DNA from: Hamiltosporidium tvaerminnensis FI-OER-3-3
Lineage: Eukaryota; Fungi; Microsporidia
Assembly (NCBI GenBank): GCA_022605425.2
Contig: CM061253.1
Coordinates: forward strand, 310,001-374,000
Reading direction: 5' to 3'
DNA: 64,000 nt
The position numbers and the translations under genes were made by a program. The notes under the pieces are model-generated. The model made no database searches and was not told where the DNA came from. It worked only from the letters and a program-made list of their open reading frames with translations. This document shows, piece after piece, positions 16,413 to 29,650 of the stretch (its first letter is position 1; each line of letters begins with the position of its first letter).

Positions 16413-17532
16413 GATTTCCAAAAAAAATTTATTCGAATAAAATTTTAAGTATTATATTTGAAAGATACATTTGCATGAAAGATAGGAAAACGGACCAGTT
16501 AAAAGGGTTTAAATGTGGTTCTAATATTAGAAAACCTATCAGAATTTTCATAACTATAATTTTAGAAATTGCAATTTAAATTTAAAATTACAAACTGATA
16601 GCATAACTTAGAAATGGTTTTTAAAACAATTCGATACTAAAATTTATCTGTTATAGTTATTAATATTTCTAGAATTTGTTGTAAAGCCATGCGATCAGCA
16701 TAGTATTCTAGTCTATAAATGAGAGAACTTTGTAATACTTAATATTAATATTTTCTGAAGTAGTATGTCTGTCATTTGTTTTTTTCGATGGAAGTCTAGA
16801 GATGCTTTACACCCCTTTTAAAGTGCTCGATTTAAAGCTCTAACTATGAAAATAGTTAGCCGAAAAACAGATAATTTGCAAAATTAAGAACCAAGTGATG
16901 ATCTAAGGCAATAGATTCAAAGTTATATCTAAAAGTTTACGGTTTAGAAGAAAAAAAAGATATTAACACAAATGGTTATGCATATTCATTGGCGTTTTCA
17001 ATATTTCAATAATTAATTAAATGAAACCTTTTACCCATGTAAATAATTATATTAAAATATAATCTATTTTCGAATTATTTAAAAAGATCTAATTTCTTAC
17101 AACAACTTTTGTTTCTGATTCTATTTTTAAAATGTTATATAGTTCAAAAAAATTGTTAATTTAATCTGAATTGTTAAAAATTGTCCCAAGATAGTAGTAA
17201 TATGAATATGTAAGATTCGCTCTACATTGAAAATACAACAAAGAAAATACAAAATATTGATTTTAAATAAAACAGATTACAAAATATAATTTTAATTATA
17301 CCGCGATATTATTTTTAATGTTTCGATAATCTACAAAATAATTTGTTTGATATAGACCTAAGCTTATTCTCTATTGAAAAAATGATATTATTTAGCTAAC
17401 TAATAGCAAAAAATATTTTTCCAATTTCTTATGCCGAATCTAATATAAGCACTCTGTTTTTTTTATTTTCTACTTACATTCTGACACGTATATATTTATC
17501 TATTTCATCGCAATATGCTTTATTCTATACTT

Positions 17533-17739
17533 GGTCATTTATTATTCGTTTGCTCTACAGCCCTGTTCGAGCCTTGACCTCTCATCGTAATACTGCCTAC
17601 CGGTCTTTTTCCAGTGGTTTTAAAAGGTGGGTTTTTAGTTCTACGCCTAACCGCAACATGGAAGACCGGTCCCTTTTAGTCGCATCTTACGGCAGCCAGA
17701 GAATACTCCAAACTAATTCTAGTCCCGACATGGTGGAAA
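17533..17739 (-). mobile_element. Non-autonomous RTE-LINE-derived mini-element, copy B
   Basis: Same 5' start (TCCACCAT) and motif order as copy A but lacks ~35 nt internally. 3' end GAGGTCAAGGCTCGAACAGGGCTGTAGAGC reads EVKARTGL*, RTE-like. 11-bp TSD with one mismatch (ATTCTATACTT 17522-17532, ATTTTATACTT 17740-17750). Confidence 0.78.
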
Positions 17740-20700
17740 ATTTTATACTTATACCATTTAAATTTTATTTTTGAAATTCTATATACCGCTTTTCTATATA
17801 TAAACAAAATAATTTCGTATATTAATTATTTGTTTTATATGTATATGCAGAATCTAAAGATATAAGCTGATTATTCTAATCGAATTTTATATTCGTCTAA
17901 GATTAATTAAAATTGTTTATGCATGACTAGTTTTTCAAAAGAGTAAATAAGCCTATAAGGCATGTACAATATCTTATGATCGATTTGTTCTGATCATGAA
18001 TAATACAGCACCATAAAAATACACTATCAACTTCTTTAAATTTTTTAAATTTTACATTTTAAGCAAGAATATAACCCGGGAGTAAATCAAAGGTTGATTT
18101 TACCTGTTATTACTTGATCATAAAACAACTCTAATTTATTTCGATTGATAATAATACTATTCAATAATATAGCGGTGTTCTTAAAACAATATGAGACTTT
18201 TAAGCCCTCGATTATGAAGGTTTTTCGTTCATAGGTATTTGTTTCGGTAATACCTGGTTTTGTTTTGGTTTTAGACAAGTAATATACCCCGATAAAGGTC
18301 AGAATTTTAAAAAAAATCTAGATTCGGCATCAGATTTTTTATCAAGTCTCTTCCAAAAGTAATCATTTCTTAAAAAAAAATTATTTCGGAATTTTTATAG
18401 TAATGGTTTATCTATATTTAACGAATCTGCTATTCATTTATTTTTTATTTAAATTCTCGTATACGTTATTAAAATGCAAAATAATACATTTTATAATATA
18501 ACGAACTAATATTTAGTCGGCACAAAAATATTGACACTTAATGAAATGTCTGTAATTCTTTTTCCGAAATTTTTAATTTTTTAAAAAAATCATTAAAATT
18601 TCTTCCGTAATCCAAATCCCGGTCATGTTTCAAGAAAAAGTCTGAACTACTTATTGTTCTTTTAAGTAAAGAATTTATAAACAAATGAGTTTTATTAAAT
18701 AGCAACAAACTTTCAAAATTTATTAAGATATATGTAGGCGCGTTCTGAAGTTTGCAAAATTCAATCTAAATTGAACCTTAACTGTAAAATAAACGCAGGA
18801 AAGGGATAAAATTAAAACGAGCTTTTTGTGATGACCTAGATAGATGAAGTTGCTCGAAAAAAAATAAGTTTAGCTTCAAGTATTTTTCGTAAATTATTCT
18901 TTACATGCTAATTCTACAAATTAGTTATTTTTACAACTCTGTTTTTTTCGTAGAATATTACATGAAACAGAAATTAAGTTTCTAAAATTCATGATTTGTT
19001 TTCTTAAAAAGACTACAAATTTTTATGATTTAGTAACAGTCATAAATATTTTTTGTTTTCATTTACAAAAATATTAACGCTTTTTGTGTATTAAATAAAG
19101 TTTTGTCTGTGAACATGCAACGATACATAAAGGGATTTGTACATGTGAAAATAATATTACGAGGAATCGTCCTGTGATATTTTATATGCCCAGAATCATA
19201 TATTATGCAATCAGAGGGTACATGGAATCGATTTTAGATATTAAACCAAGTAATAAATGAATAATGTTAGTTGGCTTTTACATCAATTATAGTCTGTTTT
19301 CTGTTCGAAGAACCCTTTTTGCGCATATATTTTTGTATCTACTCTTCTTTTTTAAAATATTAACTATGCATAAATTTACGTTTAGAAAAATACAGAAAAA
19401 CGACTAAAAATGTTTATATAAAGATAATTTGCTTGGAATATTTCACAGTATCAATATAGAATGACATAAATTGATTTTAAATAAGCGTATATCAATTTTA
19501 AAAATACTTATATGAAAATATAAATGGGAGTATAATACAACTTAGTTAAAAGTACTATGTTTATAGCAAAATATAACCAAAATCTTAAATGGCATTCTAT
19601 TTCTTTGAGATTCTTATCATTGAATTCTAAAATATATTTTATTTATAGTTCGAACGTATAATATATAAACTTATGGCGCAATGAATACATTAAATTATAT
19701 TCATATCTAAAATAATTTCGTTTATTTCATCGATCTAACAAATTCTATTTATTCTTTTCCTTTACGTTTTGTAAATTTTTTGTAAGCCGATTCGCATTTA
19801 CCCAATAAAGAATATTGCGTAAAGTCTGACCTTTATATTTTTTTATAAGAAAAAACATAGATAGATATTTAATTTACTCGATCTAGAAAGATTCTAAGAT
19901 TAAACATAATCCAATTTAAAAATTTAGACATTGTTAATGCACTAATATGTTTGTGCCAAACAAAAAGATGCGTATTCTTTTCATAAAAAAACTCTAAAAT
20001 ATAGAAAGTTATTTTAGACGATTAGAAAAAAAGGATTCCTTACTGTAAATATTTAAGTTATTCTTTTTAATTTTGTATATTTTACAAGGTTATGGTATTA
20101 AATAAAAAAAATAACATAATCGAAAATTACATCTACCTCATATTAAGAATTATTTGTATAAAGCATCGAATCGAATTTTTTTATTAAACTTAGCGATCTT
20201 TTAGATATTTACAAAAGAAAAACAAAACGATAAACATATATTTTTGTATAGTATTGTATTTTGAAAAGAAAAAAGGGTTTTTTGTAATATCTCTGAACAA
20301 ATTTTAAAAAAACGATATAATCTATTCTCACATCATTTTTTTCAGTGTATTTTGATTAAACCAGATCTATTTTATTGTTCTATTTTCGACTATTTTTGAT
20401 TAGAGTACCCAGCCGGCGTCATTACTTAGCATTCCTTTCTTTTGTTACACATTAAAATAGAATTAAAACCTCTCAAAGACGTTTCGTCATAAATGCAGTA
20501 TTCTACCGAAAAAAATTGGCATTTTTTTTATGTCGATCAAGTTAAATTTTTTTTTGCAAAATTTATCTGTTTCCGATACACAATAAAATTCTGACTTTTT
20601 TGTTTTAACTACAAATATATGCTGTCAAATGTTATTTTTTAAACAATTCTCGTTAGGTTAACCTTTGCAAAATATATTTATAGGCATACTACATATTCTT

Positions 20701-22940
20701 TTTTGATAAAAAAGATATTCTTGACCTTTATTTTTTTTTAAGCATTTTCTTAATACCTGAATAGAATCGATTACGAAAACGTTAACTTAAAAATAGATTT
20801 TTTTCTAACATATGATTAATGCGATAGATTCATCATTAAAGTTCTCTTATTTAGGCTTATAAAACATTTTGCTATTGATCGTATTTCATGGTAGAAAATC
20901 GGTTTTTGTGTTACATTTTGTCTAATGAATCAAACAAAGCTTGCATTTTTTATAATTAAGATGTTCATCGATTTTTAGAATCTAAATTTAATGCAAAAAT
21001 TGTAAATGTATTTTTTAAAATTTAAAGTATATGAAGCAGAATTTGATTTAATGAAAGCCTCTTATAAACTCGAAAAGTTTTAGATTTTATGCTAAAGTTA
21101 AATATTTAACTTAATTTTATTGTATTTAAAATTTAAAAATATTGAAAAATCATTAATTTAAAAATTTAAATATGATATTGAACTGCGTGAATTATCAAAT
21201 ACCTTTTTTTGCTGAGAATTACATTTGCATTAGTCTTAAAGATTGACGCTATTTCATATCTAATAGTGAGACTATATTTGATATAGCATTTTGACGAAAT
21301 ATTTTTTCATTTATAGTCAGAATGTTATTTATTCTTTTTCGAAAACCTAATATGCGCTTCTGATTTGTTATTAACTACATATCATGTTTTTACACCAAAT
21401 TTCTAATGATAACTTTATAGGTTTATTTTTCTAAGATACAAGTCTGCATTTGTTATAAATTTCATCTATATAAATGTTTTTTTAATTCAGCAATTCCATT
21501 ATTGCATGAATCTTTAATTTTGCTTTCTCATGAGTTATGATTACATATTTATAGGATATTTGGGCTTCTTGTTTTAAAAATGAAGTACTTTGAGAACTAA
21601 AATCTTATGAAAAGAGAAACCTAACATCAGTTTGTGTGCATTTTGCTGTGGTTGTATTTAAACTCTAAATATTCTAAAGCCTAGACTTTAATACCGAAAA
21701 TCAAAAATTTTTAAAAAGGCAATTTGAGTAAAAACTATATTATATGTTTTCTTAGAGGATTAGGAAAATTTCAAAAATGTAATTTCTAAAAATTAAATTA
21801 ATTTTATACTAACATAAACTAAACCAATACTTTTATAAATTAACCTAATTCTAAAATTTCGTTGTAAAATATTTTGAATTAAAATGCATGATATCTGATA
21901 AAGAAGTAAAATTTTTTTTATAAATCAAACACAACAAAGAAGTAAACTATGAATGCTGATTATCAAAACCTGTATTTATAACAAATTTCTCTAAATTAGT
22001 TCAAAATCTATTAACTTCAAAAACCACAATTCAAGTTTGTATTTATTGTATTATAAAAATAAAGCATAAATTTATTTAACATTGTAAGATAAAATTTTAT
22101 ATGCGCTAAGATTTATTCAAAAGTATATTTCATAATTACATTAAGAAATTGCTGTTTTGAATACTTATTATATGTTGTAAAACGTACAAAGGCATACAAA
22201 TTTAGCAAGAAGTTTAACAAATGTTTTTTTGACTAAGACTTCTAAAATATTTTTTTTTGTTTTTGTCTAACTAAATAAGCTTTGATTCCGATCGCTTGCG
22301 TATAAGATATAGTTTTTAAACAAAAAATAAATTCGTTTATTAAAATTCAAAATCACACGTCACAATTAAAGTTTTATTGAATCAAGCAAAATACTTTATA
22401 ACAATAATTCGTAGAATAATTTAATTCTCTTTTTTTTTCAATTTTGAATATATTTACTTGTAAAAACTACAAAAACGCTCCATGATATAGACAAATTCTA
22501 TAAAAAAATACCCCGCAAAAAGTTTCTGAGCTTGATTTGTAATGTATTGGTATGTAGAGCGGCATTACTCTTAAAATGCTACACATGTTTTTACTTGATA
22601 TTTTAATAAATAAAAAAACGTTAAGTCAGATTTTATTCGATTTTGTGTTTTGAAAATATATCTAATGATAGTATTGATGATAAATTATTTTCTTCATTAA
22701 AAAATTTCTTAATAGGAAATTTTTAATTCACTGTAGAAAATATTTACTGAATATAAACTATATTAGTCGCTTTTTTATTTGACCTAAATTTAATCATGTT
22801 TTTGGAAGTGGGTAAAAACCACGTGTGTTTCTTTTGCCTAACCTAAATGCTACATTTTCTAATTTGCTTGATAAACTGTCATAGAAAATGTATCGATCTA
22901 AAATATCGAATGTTTAATTTTAGAAATAATTGACGGAAAA

Positions 22941-23135
22941 TTGCAACAATATAAAAGTGTTCACATTTATAGTCTAAATTGCAGGAATACGTTAGAAATC
23001 CCAGGCAGCTTAACTTTAATATAATTCAGTGAAGTTTGCAACAATATAAAAGTGTTCACATTGAAAGTCTAAACTGCAAGAATACGTTAGAAATCCCGGG
23101 CAGCTAAACTTTAAAAAATTTAGTGAAGTTTGCAA
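22941..23135. repeat. Tandem duplication, ~95-bp unit x2
   Basis: The unit TTGCAACAATATAAAAGTGTTCACATT...GAATACGTTAGAAATCCC.GGCAGCT...AGTGAAGT starts at 22941 and 23036. A third TTGCA starts at 23130. Confidence 0.9.
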
Positions 23136-24609
23136 AATAAGACCAAATACATCATGGTAGATATTACATTTCATCATTTTATTACCCGTGTTGTTTATGA
23201 ACTTAAAACAATGATATATATTCCACTAAGTTGGATTACTTCGCGGTATTTGACTCAAATAAGTCAATTTCAATTGTTATTAAATTAAAAATAGTAATGA
23301 TATAAAAGGCTTAGACCATAAGAAAGTCACTTACAGCAATCTAGCGTGGAATAAGCGTAATATAATATTAGTATAAAATTTGCAGACTTATATTTTGCAT
23401 TCTCAATTCAGCCTTTTTTATATTTAAATATTATGTTTAAATTTTTACTACAGTTTGTAAAGGCCTAGCCAGCTTTTTAGACTATCGTTATTACTAAGTG
23501 TAAATGTGCAAACCGAAACCTTGACATTTTCCCTCAATTTTTCGTATAATGTATTAGAAACACAACGCTTTTTTGTGGATAAATATTAAAATGTTGTAAA
23601 AAAAAATAGATTCTTAAATTAAAATTAAACAAAAATCAGATTGAGCACATTTTTTTTGCAAACTCAAGTATTCATTTTATTATTCAACAATATTCTATTA
23701 AAATTTTATTGAAATTTATAAACCACAAGTATCAGCGATAACTAAATTTCTTAATTCTTACATGATAGAATCAAAATATGTTTACAAATCGTTGTTTAAT
23801 GAAAAAAATAAGTTTTGGTGATATAAATTTTGCCATTGGCAATATTTTTTGACTTTAAACTATGAAGCACAGTATTATGTTCATATTTGCTGTAAAATAT
23901 TCAATAAAGCAAATTTAAAAATAAACTTTTCCGTAATGATTTTTATATTCACAACTTGTTTACAACTGCTTAGTAAGTCCTAATCCACATACTCTTTGAT
24001 AGAGACAGAGGTATAGGATCAAATTGCTTGCATTTTCACGCAGACTATTGATTTTTTTATAGTCTTAAATTTATTTTGAAAATAATATCTAATATTTGTA
24101 AAATATGGCATGACATACATCACATAAATAATATATAAAAATTTAACAATAAAAAAAAAGTAAAATATTTTAAAAATAATTTATTGTTGTCTAAATTATT
24201 AAACAAAAATATTACAGTGAAATTTGAATTACCTTTTAAACAAATAAAATCATAGTATATTGATATATAGCACAACTCGCAGTCTGAAATAACTTAATAT
24301 AACCCGATTGCACGATACCTCGGCGATTTTTTTTAAATTTAAATATTTAAAAATTTATAAAAAAACGCAATACAGGCTATTTATAAAGCAAAATACGTTT
24401 AATGCTTGTTTATGAAAGAGACTTAGAATAGTTTAATTTCCTTAATAAAATGTTTTTGGTGGTCTAGGGATTACTTTAAACTAAATAAAAGTAGGTAAAA
24501 GCAAGTTCATATATAATTATTACCTTTTGGCGTATAATTTTTTTTGATTGCCACTAATTCTATTTTTTTCATAAAATATAAATTCTTTATATTGTTTTGG
24601 CGTTTAAAA

Positions 24610-25330
24610 TGTCCGAAGATGACCACGTAGTAAACTTTCTGCAAGGCAATGAGTATCTAGAACTAGACTTAAGATCGTTTTTAATTTTAGTAGAAATAAA
24701 ACCACGCTACATCCTGGATTAATCAATTGTAGTTTGTTAGAAAATGGGAGGGTCTAGAAATTGCGTAACTTTTTATACAAATTATTTGTAGTTTTTTATG
24801 TAACTAGATTGCAGACCGCAGCCACTCATGTAGATAATTACCATGTAAAAGCATTAAAATCTAGCTTTGCTGACTCGGGTTAGAAGACTTAGTGCCTTGG
24901 AGATGTAAAAAATAAAGCAGATTAAAGCCATAAAGGCTAAGATGAAGGTTATACCTGTTGGTATGACATTGCACTGTCTAGGTGGACGGACCTCATGAAT
25001 CTTCTTTAAAATATCTTAGGTAGCAGTTTTTTGGTTCGAAAATTGAGGAGTAAATCGGAAAGCTGCATGGCCTTGTGGAGCCCAGGGGGCTTCGGCTTTC
25101 GATCAAACACAATGCAACGGACATTAGAGAACTCCGGGCAACTGCCTTGCCTGTATATTAGGTTCTACACACATGATAGCTGAAAGGCATTGGGACGTTA
25201 CTATCGCAAGGAGTAAAAATGGAGTGATGGGGTAGCAGTTATTTATGTATAACCCTGAACTGCGCTAATGTCATGTATATAAATAAAACATTTGCTTCAT
25301 TTTAAAGAGATGTGATAATTTTTATAAAGT
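24610..25330 (+). mobile_element. ~735-bp retroposon-like repeat, copy 2 (diverged, apparently full length)
   Basis: Colinear shared blocks AAACTTTCTGC..GGCAAT, TTTGTAGTTTTTTATGTAAC.AGATTGCAGACCGCA, GGTTATACCTGTTGGTATGACATTGCACTGTCTAGGTGGAC, GGGGCTTCGGC, ATGCAACGGACATTA and GGGGTAGCAGTTATTTATGTATAACC; ends ATAAAGT. TSD not clean. Confidence 0.88.
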
Positions 25331-28300
25331 TTTTAATTACGGTTTTAACGCTTCAATACTGCAAACTGTGTGAGAAAACGGCTTATAATAATTTAAAATA
25401 GTAGAATAAACTATAAAAATATTTATTATGCTCGAATTATAAAAAGAAAATGGTCTAGAATAAAAAATGTTTATTAGTAAATTTAAATATATTTTGAAAG
25501 CATTAAACATATTAATTCACATTTTGGAATATTACAAAATCTATAAATTCTTTTTCTAAGATTATATTTTAATAAAATTTCTATGATATCAATAAAATTA
25601 GTCTTCTATTTTTTTTTCATTCAGATTAAAACATTATTTCATATTATGTCAAAAAAATTGGTGCCATACCGAGTTAAATATGTAGCGTTAGCTGCAACAG
25701 AATAACATATTGTATGTCATAAATATAAATTTTAGCACATATTCAAATTGTTATCTTAATTATAAATTTTAAATTTGACAACAAAATATCATATGGTATT
25801 GCTGGCAATTATTTTTTCTATATATTCTTAAATACTCGCTAGAATAAATATTAATTGAAGCTCTTGTTTTTTTTAGAAGGAAACTTTCGTCTCATTTAAA
25901 TTTTTGTATTTTGAATCTATATTTAAAAATATATTTAATTCATAGTCAGCATATCAAAAATTTACTTTTTATCTTATAAAGCAATGTATTATTCAATAAT
26001 CAAGAATTTGGATGCTTGTTTTCTAACTAGTATAGTTAGCAATACAGATACAGAAATGCATATCGAAATATTAATTTGCTAAAAATATTTCTAAAATCAA
26101 ATATGAAATTGCAAATTTATTAAAAAATAAAATGACAAAGTTAATATGTTTGATTCCGTTACGGAAACGCTTTTCTTAAAAAACTTTGATAATTGCATGA
26201 ATATATAAAAAATCAGCAAGTAAAAATGTTTCAATGTAATGATGGCTTGTGTTTCAGGAATTTTCAATAACCATTGTCTTAGTTGTGTTGGTAATTTCCA
26301 ACAACCGATAAAAATATCCCAATAATATTTTCGCAAATTATTTGTTCTAATATATGTTTAAACATGCATTTTATTTGCTTTTTTTTTAAAAGATCTAGAG
26401 CAGTACTCTATGTATGAATATTCTATAATATGTTCAGATGTTAAGAATATGTGTTATTATTTTAAAAGCTATATGTAGTTTTTTTTAATTTTAAATAAAT
26501 TCTAGCCATCTGTAATGTTTCTTATACATATAGCTTGAGTTTAAAGCAAAGGTATGATTCTATTTCTATTTGGTTTAAAAATACATAAATAGTAAAAACA
26601 AAAGAAATATGCTTTTTAATCTACGAAAAAGCATTCATGTTTTGGTTTATTCGTCAATTCTCATTCACTAAACGTTTTTAGATACAGAGAGTATTTATAG
26701 TTAATTAGAATTATATTCTTATGATTTGATTATTTTCCCTAGATATCTAGCAGCATCAATATTCAGAGAATAAATAGCTTGCGAAAATGCTGATTCAGTG
26801 TAAAAGTTTTTTAACAGGCAGTTTTGGTTTACCACACTATACATTCAAAAAAGATTACGGGCAAATTTTTTCTATCTTTTAGAATATGTGCGTTCTACAA
26901 AATTAGGAATTTATATCATTGGTGCTTTTTAATTCAAACTAGAGTGTGTTAAAATACACCAAATTGCTTCGATTAATGATTTTTTTCTGTAATAGAAAAA
27001 GTTGTGATATTATTAAATCTCTTGCTCCGTAAGTTTTGCAGTTGCTTACATAAAAAATTATTGTTTCTTGCGCTACTCATTTTCTTCGATGATCACATTT
27101 AATAATAAATTACATTATCAAACAATTGTAAAAATTAATTTGTATCAAATTTTCGAAAAATATGATTTTAAATTATTAAAATTCAATTATTGACTTTTTA
27201 AGCGAATGAAAGTTTCTTTTATTATTCTGAAATGTTGCCTATTCATGTTATTTTAATTGTGGTCAAAGCTCGCTAACCTAAACTTCATATTTTTTAGGGA
27301 TTTATTGTAGCGTGGAATTACAATTTTCATGATTGCTTAACAAAAACTATTATACTAAAGCTTTTATTTAAATTTTTTCATGAAAAACTCTTGTTATATT
27401 GACGTACATTTAAAATTCCAGAAAATAAAAAAAAAACTAAACATATTTTGAAATTCTTGAATTAGTAATCTAACCATAAAATAATAATTAGTAAAATAGC
27501 GAGTTTTAAGTGCTTGAAAATTCTTATACTAATAACGATAGAAAATCTATACATATTAAAACCTCTGCGATTATGGAATCGATTATTAGCAAAATTGAAA
27601 ATTTTAAAAGCGCTACATTATTTTTTTCTGCATTTAAATTTGGAAACTTCAAAAATAGTGATAAACATATATTATTAGTCTAGAATAGTTATAATATATG
27701 GCTGTAAATATAAATAAATAATGCATATATCTGGCATATAAGAGTTCGGATATTACTTTTGCTTTATTGTAAAGAGAATTTAATTTTTTTTTCCTAATAT
27801 ACGCTATTTTTAAAATATTTTTGGTTCCCAAAAAACAATTATTTAAAAATTTTTATTCAAAGATTTATATATTACTATATGTCAAATTTCTGTTTCTATA
27901 ACAAGTTTAAAGCTTTAGAATACATTTGATTCTTTTTAAAAGTACATATTAAAGCCTGAATCGTCTTAGTATATTTGCATCTATGGATGGGAAAATCTAA
28001 TTAATTCTTATTTTAATATAATCGTTTGTTCTTTGTACTGATTTATATAAAATTTGCAAATAAAGTAAAAATGCAATTTCGCGAGTTTAAAAATCGGAAA
28101 TCTTTGTTGTAGATATATACATTTAGTTACGTATAGTCAAGCTTGTTAGAAAATCTACAGATATACTAGAATAATAAGTTGTAATATTGGTTACTATTTG
28201 CAGATTAAAAATAATCTCTATGCGCGTCTAAAACGATGTCTTTTTAATCTTTGTAAAGTTTATAAATTTTTTTTTGGTATTTTCTCTAGATCTATAGCCC

Positions 28301-29099
28301 TAATAATGTTTTTAATCAATGCAAACGTTTTGTAATTACTTCCTTCGCAATGTTTTATGCGAGAATATGCCATTTATTCTATAACTGTTAATCTATCTCA
28401 TTTTTGAGTACAGCATTATTACAAAAATTTTACTATTTAATATTTAATTCTGTAAGAATCCTGTAGATAATAGATTTTTTGTAAGTAAATCTAAAACTAT
28501 GGTTTGTTATCCTATATAAATTTTGATTTTTGTACGTTTCCGAACACTTTAAATGCTATTTTTTTTATTTTGCTAGATTTAATTAAAATAAAAACCATTT
28601 TTAAGATTCCGAAACTAAATAATTTTTAATTACTAAAAAAAATATGGTTTTGCTTTCGGCTATTTAATGCGTTGAATTTTATACACAACCTGGTTTCTTA
28701 ATAAATTTGGCAAATTTTTATGACGATTCAAAATGAAAAAGATTGGAAGAATGTCGATTTAAGCTTTCTTGCTGTAAAAGGATAAAAAGTTATCATGTAA
28801 TAGAGCTAAAGGAAGCAAAATTTTATATCGTAACTCCGAGTTTTATAAATATCGATCCATTTGAATTCCAAAAATAAAATTATTATTTAATACAGAGATA
28901 AAGCGAGTTTTTTTTTCAGAATAGTTTGCAATGTAGTTTGAATATCGAAAAGAGATAACTACGCGCAGAACCTTTTGTAAATAATGATAAGTAAAGAAGT
29001 GTAAATTTGATTTAAAAATGGTTAAGCTAAGAAAACTCTAAGCATTTTATGTATTTCCGTGGAAAATTGTACAAAGATAGAATAGGTTAAAAAGATTTA

Positions 29100-29650
29100 A
29101 AAATTTATTAATAAAGAAGTTTTGTGCTTTTTTATATTCTAGAATTTGCAAACAAATAAATCCAATAGAATGATATAGCTATGACAAAACTTGAAAACAA
29201 AGGCTTCCAACTTTAAATTAGAAGACTTGGGTGTAAGAGATACAAAGAACTACAGACTTCGAATACCAGAATAACTTGTTAATAATGATACCTATATATA
29301 TGATTTTACGACATATAAAGAAACTTCATATTGGATGTCTTGAATTAATATCTAAAGGTCTATTTGATTTGTATGTTATTCAGAAGAAAATGCTGCATTA
29401 TTGACCCCTGGTAGGGTGTTTTCATCCGTAATAACACTTTTGGGACGGATATTAGTGCAACAAGCAACTACTATGGCTGATCCAATACATTTTACGTTTT
29501 CTTTAGAGACGCTCTAGTGTTAGAATCTAAGGGGTTCTAATCTGTATATGGAGATCAACTCTCTGTGATAACCCATCAATTTCTACAATTTCTTTGAACC
29601 AATATATGAGTTGCTGGTTTTTAGGAAAGGAAGTGACATTTAATTAAATA
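29100..29650 (+). mobile_element. Highly decayed copy of the ~735-bp repeat
   Basis: Residual words in family order: TTAGAAGACTTGG, ATGCTGCAT, ACGGATATTAG, GCAACTA. Boundaries uncertain. Confidence 0.4.

Noticed and set aside
17550-17774. 74-aa plus-strand ORF
   Set aside because: It is the antisense reading of RTE mini-element copy B.
22941-23135. Possible CRISPR-like array
   Set aside because: Only two adjacent units with no unique spacers, in a eukaryotic context with no cas genes.
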